From an uncultured Acidobacteriota bacterium (GTDB lineage: Bacteria; Acidobacteriota; UBA6911), in contig CAWEJX010000001.1 in the NCBI GenBank assembly GCA_963809485.1, positions 160,001 to 224,000 of the forward strand: DNA of 64,000 nt, in the 5' to 3' direction. This document shows, one piece after another, positions 1-11,008 of the stretch. The notes below the pieces were generated by a model. That model ran no database searches, had not been told where the DNA came from, and saw only the letters and a list, made by a program, of their open reading frames with translations. The translations under genes and the position numbers were made by a program. Every line of letters begins with the position of its first letter. The stretch's first letter is position 1.

Positions 1-1
1 T

Positions 2-838
2 GTCAGTTGTGACGCTCTTCAGGTTTACAGGCACATGGATATCGGCACCGCTAAAGCCTCGTTGGCCGAACAGACACTGGTGCCGCATCACATGTTAAAC
101 ATTCGGAATCCCGATGAAGATTTCTCCGCCGGAGACTACCAGCGCATCGCAAGACAGGCGATCCGGGAGATTCGCCAGCGCGGGCAACTTGCATTTGTAA
201 TCGGCGGTTCAGGGTTTTATCTTCGGGCCCTGATTGAGGGTCTCTTTGAGGGCCCGGGCCGGTCCGAACCCCTGAGAATGCGCATGCGGCGGATCATCCA
301 GCGCAAGGGGCCCCGGATCCTGCACCGGGCCCTGCAGCGCGTGGATGCTCCATCGGCAGCCAGAATCGCCGAAAAGGACGTGGAACGGATTATTCGGGCC
401 TATGAAATGCACCTTGTCAGCGGAAAATCCATGAGCTGGTGGCAGGAACAGCCCAGGGATGCCCTCCGGGGTTTTCGCTGGTTAAAACTCGGCATAGATC
501 AACCTCGCGAACAGCTTTACCGGAATATTGACCGGCGCGTAGAGGAGATGTTTCAGGCAGGTTTTTTGGAGGAGGTCCGGTGGCTGCTGGGGAAATTCCC
601 AAGATCCTCACAGGCTTTTAAGGCGATCGGGTATCGTCAGGTAGCGGAATATCTGGAGGGAACGATCTCCCTGGAGCAGGCGCTGGAGGAAACCAGAAAG
701 GAAAGCCGGCATTACGCCAAGAGACAACTCACGTGGTTCCGATCGGACCGGAATATTTTGTGGCTGGATGGGCAGACCGGATTCGATGAACTCCGGCAAA
801 AGGCATCAACCCTCATATCGGGATTTCTCAAACCTTAG
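2..838 (+). CDS. miaA: tRNA dimethylallyltransferase, 5'-truncated by the window edge
   Basis: Frame open from position 2 (VSCDALQVYRHMDIGTAK); motifs GGSGFY, AIGYRQ, YAKRQLTWFR. Confidence 0.96.
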   Translation, partial: VSCDALQVYRHMDIGTAKASLAEQTLVPHHMLNIRNPDEDFSAGDYQRIARQAIREIRQRGQLAFVIGGSGFYLRALIEGLFEGPGRSEPLRMRMRRIIQRKGPRILHRALQRVDAPSAARIAEKDVERIIRAYEMHLVSGKSMSWWQEQPRDALRGFRWLKLGIDQPREQLYRNIDRRVEEMFQAGFLEEVRWLLGKFPRSSQAFKAIGYRQVAEYLEGTISLEQALEETRKESRHYAKRQLTWFRSDRNILWLDGQTGFDELRQKASTLISGFLKP

Positions 839-1180
839 TCCGCTTTCGTTAAAGGGAGGCGCTGCTCGTGATCGTACACCGGACATCCCTCGAATCCCAT
901 GGCCCAGAGCCGGCAGGATCCAAAGCAGCGCTCTCAACAGGTGTGAAATCGCATGTTCTGTGCCAGATCCGCAGAGCGTTTGGGCAACTAATTTAATTGT
1001 TTGATAAAACAATACTTAGACTGCGTGGTAATGGTAAGACGCCCGTGTATGGTCGGCGTAAAATGATCATTTATGCTCATTAATTTATGCGAAATATATC
1101 TATTTCGGTGGATTTGAGAAGGAGAGCGGTTGGCAGCTCCAGGGCTCAAAGGCCAGAAGATTTCCTCATCTAATCAGGAC

Positions 1181-1186
1181 TATAAT
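1181..1186 (+). promoter_or_regulatory. Putative -10 box (TATAAT) for a leaderless gatB transcript
   Basis: Perfect TATAAT 6 nt upstream of the gatB ATG; no Shine-Dalgarno in between. Confidence 0.5.
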
Positions 1187-1192
1187 ACGACC

Positions 1193-2665
1193 ATGAAATT
1201 TGAACCCGTTATCGGACTTGAAGTGCACGCCCAACTGCTCACTCGCAGCAAGCTTTTCTGCGGCTGCAGCACTCAATTCGGCGCTCCTCCCAATTCAAAG
1301 ACTTGCCCGGTATGCCTGGGCCTTCCCGGAGCGCTTCCAGTGCTGAACCGGGAGGCGGTTACAATGGGGGTCAAGACCGCGATGGCCCTGGGATGCCGAA
1401 TCAATGAGACATCCTTTTTTGCCCGAAAAAACTATTTCTATCCGGATATGCCCAAGGGGTATCAGATTTCGCAATACGATCGTCCCCTCGGAGAGCATGG
1501 ACGCGTGATGGTATTTTCTGGAGAGAGGACAGACGCAGGGAAAATAGTGGACCGGAGGGAAAAAGCTTTCGGCATCACGCGCCTTCACATGGAGGATGAT
1601 GCCGGGAAATCGATCCACGAGGGTAATCCGGATGCTGCCGCAAAATCCCATGTGAACCTGAACCGGAGCGGTGTCCCCCTCGTGGAGATAGTCAGCGAGC
1701 CCGATTTCCGCAGCAGCCAGGAGGCTTACGATTATCTGACGCATCTTCGCAAAACGCTCATTTACCTGGGGGTGTGCGACGGCAATATGGAGGAAGGAAG
1801 CCTGCGCTGCGACGCGAATGTATCGGTCCGCCCCGAGGGGGCGGAAAAGCTCGGGACCAAGGTTGAAATAAAGAACCTCAATTCGTTCCGGTTTTTGCAG
1901 AAGGCACTGGATTACGAGATTTTGCGTCAGACGCAGATATTGTCCGAGGGAGGAGAAATCGCGCAGGAAACCCGCCTGTGGGACGAATCGGAAGGGCGCA
2001 CAATCCCCATGCGCAGCAAAGAGGAAGCCCACGATTACCGCTATTTCCCCGAACCGGATCTGTTGCCGCTGAAATTGGATCGCGCCTGGATTGAGAGGGT
2101 GAAGCAAGAATTGCCGGAATTGCCTGGTGCCAGAATGAAACGACTGATGGAGGAATACAGCCTTCCGGCGGATGACGCCCTGCTCCTAACTGCAACTCCG
2201 GCAATGGCCGATTTTTTTGAGGAGTGTGCCGAAAAATCCGGCAACGCGCGGGCATCCGCCAATTGGATCATGGGGGACCTTGCCTACGCCCTGAAAAATT
2301 CCGGCAAAGACATCGAGGAGTCTCCGATCCTGCCGGGAAAGCTGGCGGCATTGATTCAGAGCGTGGATTCGGGAGAGATTTCGGGAAAGATTGCCAAAAC
2401 GGTTTTCGAAGAAATGTGCCGCACTTCGGAAGAACCTGCCGCCGTCATCAGGCGTATGGGATTGACGCAGATGAGTGATGAAGCGGGCCTGGGAGCGGTG
2501 ATCGACGGAATTCTGGCCGCAAATCCCAAACAGGCTGAGGAATACCGGGCGGGCAAGGTCAAAGTGTTCGGCTTTTTTGTCGGCCAGGTGATGAAGGAGA
2601 CCAGGGGCCAGGCGAATCCGAAGGTCGTCAATGAGCAGCTTCAGAAAAAGCTCTCCGGCGGATAA
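1193..2665 (+). CDS. gatB: Asp/Glu-tRNA amidotransferase subunit B
   Basis: [52 protein letters not shown]-terminal YqeY-like domain; ATG at 1193. Confidence 0.97.
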   Translation: MKFEPVIGLEVHAQLLTRSKLFCGCSTQFGAPPNSKTCPVCLGLPGALPVLNREAVTMGVKTAMALGCRINETSFFARKNYFYPDMPKGYQISQYDRPLGEHGRVMVFSGERTDAGKIVDRREKAFGITRLHMEDDAGKSIHEGNPDAAAKSHVNLNRSGVPLVEIVSEPDFRSSQEAYDYLTHLRKTLIYLGVCDGNMEEGSLRCDANVSVRPEGAEKLGTKVEIKNLNSFRFLQKALDYEILRQTQILSEGGEIAQETRLWDESEGRTIPMRSKEEAHDYRYFPEPDLLPLKLDRAWIERVKQELPELPGARMKRLMEEYSLPADDALLLTATPAMADFFEECAEKSGNARASANWIMGDLAYALKNSGKDIEESPILPGKLAALIQSVDSGEISGKIAKTVFEEMCRTSEEPAAVIRRMGLTQMSDEAGLGAVIDGILAANPKQAEEYRAGKVKVFGFFVGQVMKETRGQANPKVVNEQLQKKLSGG

Positions 2666-2730
2666 ATCGGTTCACTCATACGCAGGAAGCTTTGGCTGAG
2701 CGGCGGACGAACCGATTGGCCCCGGATTAG

Positions 2731-2955
2731 GTCAGGTACCTCCGGCAACGCCGGAGGCTTAAAAGATTTGAACCGCTCAAAGCGGTTGGAGGAGTTACGC
2801 CGGTCTTGAACGCTGACTTACGCGGGCAAAAGCCGATCCTCGCCGAACAAATCGGCGTTTGTCAGCGCTTTTGTCAGCGTATCTCAGCGTTTCAAAATAC
2901 GGAGCTGTCAAACTCTTTGAGTCCCCCGGCAGAGCCGGGGATTTACCAATGTAAT
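2731..2955 (-). mobile_element. Non-autonomous IS200/IS605-type (PATE/REPIN-like) element, copy 1
   Basis: Terminal hairpins CCTCCGGC-AAC-GCCGGAGG and CCCCGGC-AGA-GCCGGGG, internal hairpin AACCGC-TCAAA-GCGGTT; closely similar to copies at 36475, 56804 and 59035; no transposase ORF. Confidence 0.8.
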
Positions 2956-2956
2956 T

Positions 2957-3541
2957 ATGGGAAATTCCGCAACAAGAAGAAGAGCGGCAGCGCAGCGCCA
3001 CGAACAGATCCGGGCAAAGACCTCAGGGCTGGTGCGCCAGGATAAAGCCCACCCTTGCTTCATAGCGGACGTGATGCTTGGCCGGCTGGCGAAATGGCTT
3101 CGCATCGCGGGTTTCGATGTCCTGTATTCCAACCGGTTCTCGGACGATGAACTGATCTCCCTGTCCAACCGTGACGGGCGGATACTCCTGTCACGCGACA
3201 CGCGGCTTCTGGTGCGAAAGCCGGTCAGGGATTTCATATTCCTGGAAAGCCAGAACGTTCAGGATCAGATCCGGCAGATTCTTGGGGCTTTGAATCTCAC
3301 GGCCCTCCCTTCCCTTCTTACCCGCTGCCTCTCGTGCAACGAGACGCTTGTGAGTGCTTCGCGCGAAATGGTGCGAAATAGCATCCCGGTTTTTGTCTAT
3401 GAAACGCAACGGCAATTCAAGTCCTGTCCCAAGTGCGGCAGGATTTTCTGGGCCGGAACTCATCGCGGTTCGGTTATTCGCACGCTTGAAAAGCTCTTGC
3501 CGGAAAAGAAGGTTGGTTGGCAGGGCGGTCTTCCCGCTTGA
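2957..3541 (+). CDS. Mut7-C RNase (PIN-like) domain protein with zinc ribbon
   Basis: FIADVMLGRLAKWLRIAGFD, RILLSRD, RCLSCN...CPKCGRIFWAGTH; start uncertain. Confidence 0.88.
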   Translation: MGNSATRRRAAAQRHEQIRAKTSGLVRQDKAHPCFIADVMLGRLAKWLRIAGFDVLYSNRFSDDELISLSNRDGRILLSRDTRLLVRKPVRDFIFLESQNVQDQIRQILGALNLTALPSLLTRCLSCNETLVSASREMVRNSIPVFVYETQRQFKSCPKCGRIFWAGTHRGSVIRTLEKLLPEKKVGWQGGLPA

Positions 3542-3664
3542 CTTATGAAGCAATCCGAAAATAGGATGCATGCTGCAATCGGCTGAAACAAAATTCGGCC
3601 CGGAATCTCATACTTGGGTGTCATTGGAAGATTTAACGGATACAATTATTCTGAGGGGTGTTCT

Positions 3665-4222
3665 ATGCGGCATCTCATGGCAGTTATCATCATTCTGGCA
3701 GCGGCCCTGCCGACGGCATCGGGAGAAACACCCGGGTCGTCTCCAACCTCGCCCGCACCCGTCGGGGCGACCGTCACCGGCATTATTGAGTGCGGCGAAG
3801 GTTATACCTCTCACGAGCTTTATGACATGAAAATCACTCTGCTGGAAGTTGTGCGGGCGGAGGAGGCATGGAAGCGTATCCGGGAAGCCGACAGCGCAAA
3901 CAAAGCGCCCAATCCCGGTTTTGACTACCTGCTTGCCCGCGTCAAGTTCGAATACTACGCCAGGGGTACGCCCGGACTCTGCATTCATCAGCTGACGCCG
4001 GACCAGTTCACCGCCTATTCCGCCGACGGAGAAGAGTATAAGCCCGCTTCCGCGGTGCCCCCTAAGCCGGAAATGCGCAAAGCCCTTAAATCCGGAGAGG
4101 CTTTGGATGGATGGCTTGTTTTTTCCGTCAATCAGCAGGACGCGGCGCCCCTGCTATCCTATTCCGCCGACACGGGCGGCGCCGTCATGCATGGTGGGGG
4201 CAAGTGGTTTCTTCTCCGCTGA
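3665..4222 (+). CDS. Secreted protein, DUF4352-like
   Basis: Signal peptide MRHLMAVIIILAAALPTASG; LLEVVR..EAW, YLLARVKFEY, GWLVF pattern. Confidence 0.6.
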   Translation: MRHLMAVIIILAAALPTASGETPGSSPTSPAPVGATVTGIIECGEGYTSHELYDMKITLLEVVRAEEAWKRIREADSANKAPNPGFDYLLARVKFEYYARGTPGLCIHQLTPDQFTAYSADGEEYKPASAVPPKPEMRKALKSGEALDGWLVFSVNQQDAAPLLSYSADTGGAVMHGGGKWFLLR

Positions 4223-6387
4223 CCCAAAACCAGAAAGACCGAGTAGTCCAGCTCATACGATCCCTGAAAACCAACAGCTTCACATTCCGGGATACCGTGC
4301 GCTGGCTCGACCTGGACAGCGACGACCGCAGAAGCCTGCAGCGTTTTCTGGACGAGTTGGATGCTGCAGGAATAATTCGGCGCGTGAAGCGGGGAAGGTA
4401 TAGCCTGCCCGCGCGCGAAAACCTTGTTTCGGGAATTCTGGCCTGCCATCGGGACGGCTACGGCTTTTTGATCCCGGACGACCGCACGCAGTACAAAGAA
4501 GATATTTTCATCCCGGCACGGAACATGGAGGATGCGCTCCATGAAGATCGCGTCCTGGTAAAGGTTGCCACCAAACAGGTCCGGCCCCACCATCGCGGGC
4601 GGCGCCGCATCCGGGAAGAAGAAAAGCCACGGCTCGAGGGCACGGTTGTCCGGGTGCTTGAGAGACACCGATCGACGATTGTCGCACGCTATCACGAGCA
4701 CATTCGCTTTCCGTTTGTCACTCCACTGGACGCCCGCATCCTTTACGAAATACGGATCCCGTTTCAGGCCGCCAGAGGAGCAAAGGAAGGCCAGATTGTC
4801 GTGGTTGCCATCACTCTCCCTCCCGGAAGAAACCAGATCCCTCAGGGGAAGGTCATCGAAATACTCGGATACCCGGGGGATCCCGGGATTGAATATAGGA
4901 TCGTTGAACACAAATTCGGTCTTCCGGTGGACTTCAGTTTTGAGGCCCTTAAGGAAGCGTCAAAGCTTCCCGCGCGCGTGCCGGAGGAGGAGCTTGCGGG
5001 GCGCGAAGATTTCCGCCAGGAGGTTGCTGTAACGATCGACGGAGAGACAGCCAGGGATTTCGACGACGCGGTCAGTCTCAAAAAACTCCCATCGGGGAAC
5101 TATCTCTTGGGAGTACATATAGCGGATGTTTCTCACTATGTGCGCGAAAACACGGCTCTCGATTCCGAAGCCTACGAACGGGGAACATCCGTTTACTTTC
5201 CCGACCGCGCCATCCCTATGCTCCCGCCCAACCTCTCCAGCGGAATCTGCAGTCTGCAACCCGGTGCGGACCGGCTCGTTCTGTCGGCGCTCATGGAAAT
5301 TGATACAAAGGGCAAGGTTGTTCAAAAGTCATTTGCAGAAGGAGTTTTGAGGAGCCATGCGCGGATGACCTATACTTCCGTAGCAAAAATCCTCGAAGAC
5401 CGGGATCCCGAAGAAAGGCAGCGCTTTGCCGCCCTGGTTCCTCTTTTCGAGACCATGGAGGAGCTTTGCCGGATTCTGTCCAGGAAGAGGTATCGACGCG
5501 GAGCGGTCGATTTTGATCTGCCGGAGGCGGAGATACGGTTTTCCGAAAGCGGCGAGGTGATCAGCGTTGTCCCTGCCGAACGCAACATTGCCCACCGCAT
5601 TATTGAGGAATTCATGCTGCTGGCCAACGAATGCGTCGCCGGGAGGTTGAACTCATCGGGAAGCCCGGTCCTTTACCGCGTGCATGAAAAGCCCGATCCC
5701 AAAAAGGTAGAGGATTTCGCGGAATTTGCCCGGGTGCTCGGATACAAGCTGGAAAAGCACGACGGAGAATACCACCCGAAGGACTTTCAAAAATTCGTGG
5801 CGCAGCTGGAAGGGAAAAGCGAGCAGCGTTTTCTGGCCTATCTCATGTTGCGCTCTTTCATGCAGGCGCACTATTCGGAATCCAATGTGGGCCACTTTGG
5901 CCTGGCTGCGGCCGAATACACCCACTTTACTTCCCCCATTCGAAGATATCCGGACCTGTTAATCCACCGGCTTCTGAAGGAATGCCTCCGTAAAACGCCT
6001 TCGTCCGCCTGGCAGGCGCAGGTAGCCGAACGGCTCGGACAGATCGCCTTGCACACGTCAACCCGGGAACGTGTGGCAGACGAGGCCGAACGTGAGATAG
6101 AGCGCATTAAGAAAGCCCAGTTCATGGCCGACAAAGTCGGGGACACGTTCGATGCACTTGTTTTTTCCGTCTCACGGCAGGGATTATTCGTGGAACTGCT
6201 GGACCACTTCGTCGAAGGATTCGTCCCTTTCATCACCCTGACGGACGACGACTACGAGTACCACGAAAGGACTCACTCCCTGGTTGGAAGGCGGCACCGG
6301 TTTCAATTGGGATCGAAAATACGGGTGCGCCTGGACAGGGTTGATATGGATACCGCCCGGCTTATGTTTTCAGTGGTTAGTGGCTAG
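4204..6387 (+). CDS. rnr: Ribonuclease R
   Basis: HRDGYGF cold-shock domain, RNB motifs TIDGETARDFDDA, IEEFMLLANE, YTHFTSPIRRYPDL, C-terminal S1 domain; GTG start at 4204 is tentative. Confidence 0.95.
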   Translation: MVSSPLTQNQKDRVVQLIRSLKTNSFTFRDTVRWLDLDSDDRRSLQRFLDELDAAGIIRRVKRGRYSLPARENLVSGILACHRDGYGFLIPDDRTQYKEDIFIPARNMEDALHEDRVLVKVATKQVRPHHRGRRRIREEEKPRLEGTVVRVLERHRSTIVARYHEHIRFPFVTPLDARILYEIRIPFQAARGAKEGQIVVVAITLPPGRNQIPQGKVIEILGYPGDPGIEYRIVEHKFGLPVDFSFEALKEASKLPARVPEEELAGREDFRQEVAVTIDGETARDFDDAVSLKKLPSGNYLLGVHIADVSHYVRENTALDSEAYERGTSVYFPDRAIPMLPPNLSSGICSLQPGADRLVLSALMEIDTKGKVVQKSFAEGVLRSHARMTYTSVAKILEDRDPEERQRFAALVPLFETMEELCRILSRKRYRRGAVDFDLPEAEIRFSESGEVISVVPAERNIAHRIIEEFMLLANECVAGRLNSSGSPVLYRVHEKPDPKKVEDFAEFARVLGYKLEKHDGEYHPKDFQKFVAQLEGKSEQRFLAYLMLRSFMQAHYSESNVGHFGLAAAEYTHFTSPIRRYPDLLIHRLLKECLRKTPSSAWQAQVAERLGQIALHTSTRERVADEAEREIERIKKAQFMADKVGDTFDALVFSVSRQGLFVELLDHFVEGFVPFITLTDDDYEYHERTHSLVGRRHRFQLGSKIRVRLDRVDMDTARLMFSVVSG

Positions 6388-6414
6388 AAAGTGACAATGC
6401 TGCCCCAACCTTAA

Positions 6415-6630
<216 letters not shown>

Positions 6631-6653
6631 AAGATCAAAATACGTTCGTATAG

Positions 6654-7731
<1,078 letters not shown>

Positions 7732-7801
7732 CTGGAGCCCAGTGGTGACCTACGAAAAAAATTTCGGGGCCGCTGCCGTTTGGGCAAAACAAGGAGGATG
7801 T

Positions 7802-8825
7802 ATGCCGGTAGCTGATTACCAAATCTACTGCAAGATGCTTGAAAGGGCGCGGGAGGGGCACTACGCCTATCCCGCCATCAACGTAACATCGCTCACAACC
7901 GCAAATGCAGTGCTCAAGGGACTAACGGAGGCAAGAGTGACGGCATTATCCAGGTCTCGACAGGCGGCGGAGCTTTTGCTTCGGGGTCATCGGTGAAGGA
8001 CATGGCCCTTGGCGCCATCTCCATCGCCGAACACGTCCATCGAGCGGCAGAACGGTACCCGATCTATGTTGCTCTGCACACGGACCACTGTCAGGCGGAC
8101 AAGCTCGATAAACTCGTCATTCCTCTCGTGGAGGAGACCGAAAGACGGCGGGCAGCGGGGAGGCCCAACCTCTTCAACAGCCACATGTTCGACGGAAGCG
8201 CACTGTCGCTCAAGAGAATCTCGATATTGCGATCAAGCTTCTGGAGCGGTTCCAGAAGAATGAGCTCATTCTCGAGATCGAGGCGGGTGTGGTCGGCGGA
8301 GAGGAGGATGGAGTGTCGGGTGCGGCCGGGGCCAAGCTCTACACCACGCCCGAGGACACGCTCGAAGTTGCCAGGCGCCTCAATGCGATCAAGGGCGGCC
8401 GATATCTCCTTGCCGCGACCTTCGGCAATGTTCACGGTGTGTACAAACCGGGACAGGTGAAACTGAAACCGTCGATTCTTAGGGATTGTCAGGACGCCGT
8501 GGTGAAAAAGTACGGTGAGAAGGCCCGTTTTTTCCTTGTTTTCCATGGCGGATCCGGTTCAGAACTCCGCGACATTCACAAGGCAATTGACTACGGCGTG
8601 GTCAAGATGAACATCGACACGGACACGCAGTATGCCTTCACCCGCCCGATAGCTGGCCACATGCTGAAGAACTATGACGGCGTGCTGAAGGTCGACGGCG
8701 AGGTGGGGAACAAGAAGACTTATGATCCCCGCGTCTATCTTGGCCTGGCTGAGGCTTCCATGGCCGAGCGGGTCAAACAGGCCGTCCAGGATCTGAAAGG
8801 CGTTGGCACAACGATGTACAAGTGA
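7802..8825 (+). pseudogene. fbaA: Class II fructose-bisphosphate aldolase with two frameshifts (~7932, ~8213)
   Basis: RBS AGGAGG; YAYPAINVTS, LHTDHC, SHMFDGS, ATFGNVHGVYKPG, VFHGGSGS, KMNIDTDTQY spread over three frames; one base missing at GCAAGAGT and at CTCAAGAG. Confidence 0.9.
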
Positions 8826-9014
8826 ATGGAGTAACGGAGAGTTGGAGGGATTGAGTACTGGAATACTGGAGTGATGGTGAATGAAGAGGAACAAAAACAG
8901 GGGATATCAGAAACTGCGGGTCTGGATGGATCATTTGATGATTAAGAAAGCAATGCTGCTTGCGGTTCTTGACAACCAGCCATCCATTGCTCCAATACTC
9001 CATCACTCCAGCAC
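8824..9014. repeat. Inverted ~8-nt tandem repeats flanking a four-helix-bundle remnant
   Basis: Left arm GGAGTAAC/GAGTACTG/GAATACTG/GAGTGATGG; right arm TGCTCCAA/TACTCCAT/CACTCCAG. Confidence 0.75.
8881..8972 (+). pseudogene. Internally deleted four-helix-bundle (23S rRNA IVP-like) gene
   Basis: ATG 8881 gives MKRNKNRGYQKLRVW, matching the family N-terminal Y-x-x-L-x-V-W motif, then jumps to a short tail (MDHLMIK, then SNAACGS* after a frameshift). Confidence 0.6.
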
Positions 9015-9034
9015 TTTTCCTTTGGAGACTTACC

Positions 9035-10324
9035 ATGACTGAACACAATCTCGATTTCACCATTCAAAGGCTTGGTGAGTGCCACATTCCATCACCGATG
9101 CAGGTGGGTCAGTTTGTCGGAGACGAGGAGCGTGTACTTTATCACCACCAAATGGAAGAGGTGCGAAAATGCCTCGGTTCAGGCAAAGAACCGCCGCAAT
9201 TCGAAACCGCAGGACCGAGAGAAAAAATCTATTTTGATCCCTCGAAGCTCAAGTGCGGCATTGTCACCTGCGGCGGCTTATGTCCTGGGCTGAACGATGT
9301 GATCCGCTCCATTGTTCTCGGGTTGTTTTATCATTACGGCGTAAAGACCGTTTTCGGCTTTCGATACGGATACGAAGGCCTCACCTACCGCTATGGACAC
9401 GTCCCTCTGGAGCTAGACCCTGAGACGGTAAATAGCATTCACAAGATGGGAGGATCAATCCTCGCTTCTTCCCGCGGTCCGCAGGACAACTCCGAGATGG
9501 TGGATACCCTCGATCGGATGAACATCGGGATCCTCTTTACGATCGGAGGGGACGGCACGCTTCGTGGAGCCCAGGCCATCTCCGAAGAAATCGGCCGCCG
9601 CAGATTGAAGATTGGAGTGATCGGCATCCCGAAGACCATTGACAACGACATCTCCTTTGTGGAGTCCTCTTTCGGTTTCAACACGGCGGTATCGGAGTCC
9701 AGAACAGCGATCGACGCAGCCCATGCCGAGGCGCTCGGTGCAAGAAACGGCGTGGGGCTGGTGAAACTCATGGGCAGGGAATCCGGATTCATCGCGGCGT
9801 ATGCAACCATGGCCAACAGCGACGTGAACTTCTGCTTGATACCGGAAGCTCTTTTCTCGATCGAGGGTTTCCTCAAGGCACTAAAAGACAGGCTCAACGG
9901 GAGAGGGCATGCGGTGATCGTGGTTGGGGAAGGCGCCGGCCAGAATCTGATGCAGGAGACGGGTGCAAGAGATGCCTCGGGCAACGTCCGGTTCGGCGAT
10001 ATCGGCCCTTTTCTCAAGGACCAGATCAACGGCTATTTCAAGAAGGAGGGCATGGAGGTCAATCTCAAGTACATCGATCCCAGTTACAGTATCCGGAGCC
10101 TCCCCGCGAATCCCCGCGACTCGGCTTTTTGTCTGCTCCTGGGCCAGCACGCCGTTCATGCAGGCATGAGCGGTCGGACAAACATGGTCGTCGCCAATTG
10201 GAAGGGGGAGTTCACCCACGTGCCCATTCGCATGGCTGTTTCCAGCCGAAAAAAAATAGACCCCAACGGCCGGTTCTGGAGCACAGTGTTATCGTGCACA
10301 GGGCAGCCGAGGAAGATGGAATAG
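9035..10324 (+). CDS. pfkA: ATP-dependent 6-phosphofructokinase (clade X type)
   Basis: [44 protein letters not shown]; Gly at both specificity positions indicates ATP use; RBS GGAG before MTEHNL. Confidence 0.92.
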   Translation: MTEHNLDFTIQRLGECHIPSPMQVGQFVGDEERVLYHHQMEEVRKCLGSGKEPPQFETAGPREKIYFDPSKLKCGIVTCGGLCPGLNDVIRSIVLGLFYHYGVKTVFGFRYGYEGLTYRYGHVPLELDPETVNSIHKMGGSILASSRGPQDNSEMVDTLDRMNIGILFTIGGDGTLRGAQAISEEIGRRRLKIGVIGIPKTIDNDISFVESSFGFNTAVSESRTAIDAAHAEALGARNGVGLVKLMGRESGFIAAYATMANSDVNFCLIPEALFSIEGFLKALKDRLNGRGHAVIVVGEGAGQNLMQETGARDASGNVRFGDIGPFLKDQINGYFKKEGMEVNLKYIDPSYSIRSLPANPRDSAFCLLLGQHAVHAGMSGRTNMVVANWKGEFTHVPIRMAVSSRKKIDPNGRFWSTVLSCTGQPRKME

Positions 10325-10325
10325 G

Positions 10326-10466
10326 GCCTACCGGGATCAGGAGCGGTGGACCCGAATGTCCATCCTAAACGTGGCCAGGATGGGAAAGTTCTCTTCTGAC
10401 CGATCGATCCGGGACTACTGCGAGAAGATCTGGAAGGTGGAGCCGGTGCCTATTGTTCTCAAGTGA
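10326..10466 (+). pseudogene. glgP: Glycogen/maltodextrin phosphorylase C-terminal stub
   Basis: [40 protein letters not shown], beginning one base after the pfk stop. Confidence 0.88.
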
Positions 10467-10523
10467 GCCGGCAGCCCTATGCACCCCGGCCAAGTCTGCG
10501 GGGCCGGGAGAGAGATACATCGC

Positions 10524-10570
10524 GAGTATCCTCCGGCAGAGCCAAAGGCTTTACAGTCGCCGGCCCCCCA
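10524..10570 (-). repeat. Degenerate solo IS200-type end hairpin
   Basis: GTATCCTCCGGCAGAGCCAAAGGCTTT resembles the element end GTACCTCCGGCAAAGCCGGAGGCTTG. Confidence 0.45.
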
Positions 10571-11008
10571 AGTTGGAAGCCGATATTTCCACCTTCCAGC
10601 GCATACATTGCAGGTGAGCCCCACGGACCGTTATAGCTTTCACCCCCTCGGCAGATCGGCTACCGAGGCAATACGAATGGACAATCGCACAGTTCGACAC
10701 TCATGCGGGCTCGATTCCCACCCGCAGTACTGATAACAAAGCACTTACGGCTCATCATTCAAGAAATTGCCGGGAAGGCTGCCGTCCAGATCCGTGCCAC
10801 GCCCTAAAAGTGAATGCCGGCCACGTTATGGTTTACCGCTATGCGCACCTCTCCAGCGATCTAGTCAAGCCGCATCGATTTCTGCGGGCTTGATCCTGCA
10901 ACGAACCGAACGCGGCAAGGGTCAGGCAAACCCGATCATGAAGCAGAAAAGGTAAGTGCCCAGCTCTTCAGCACAATCCATATTCCACCTCTTCCGAGTT
11001 TACCATCG

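Noticed and set aside
2795-3045. Small ORFs across the repeat copies (also near 36562, 56749-57304)
   Set aside because: They are translations of the palindromic element, differ in frame and length between copies and lack an RBS.
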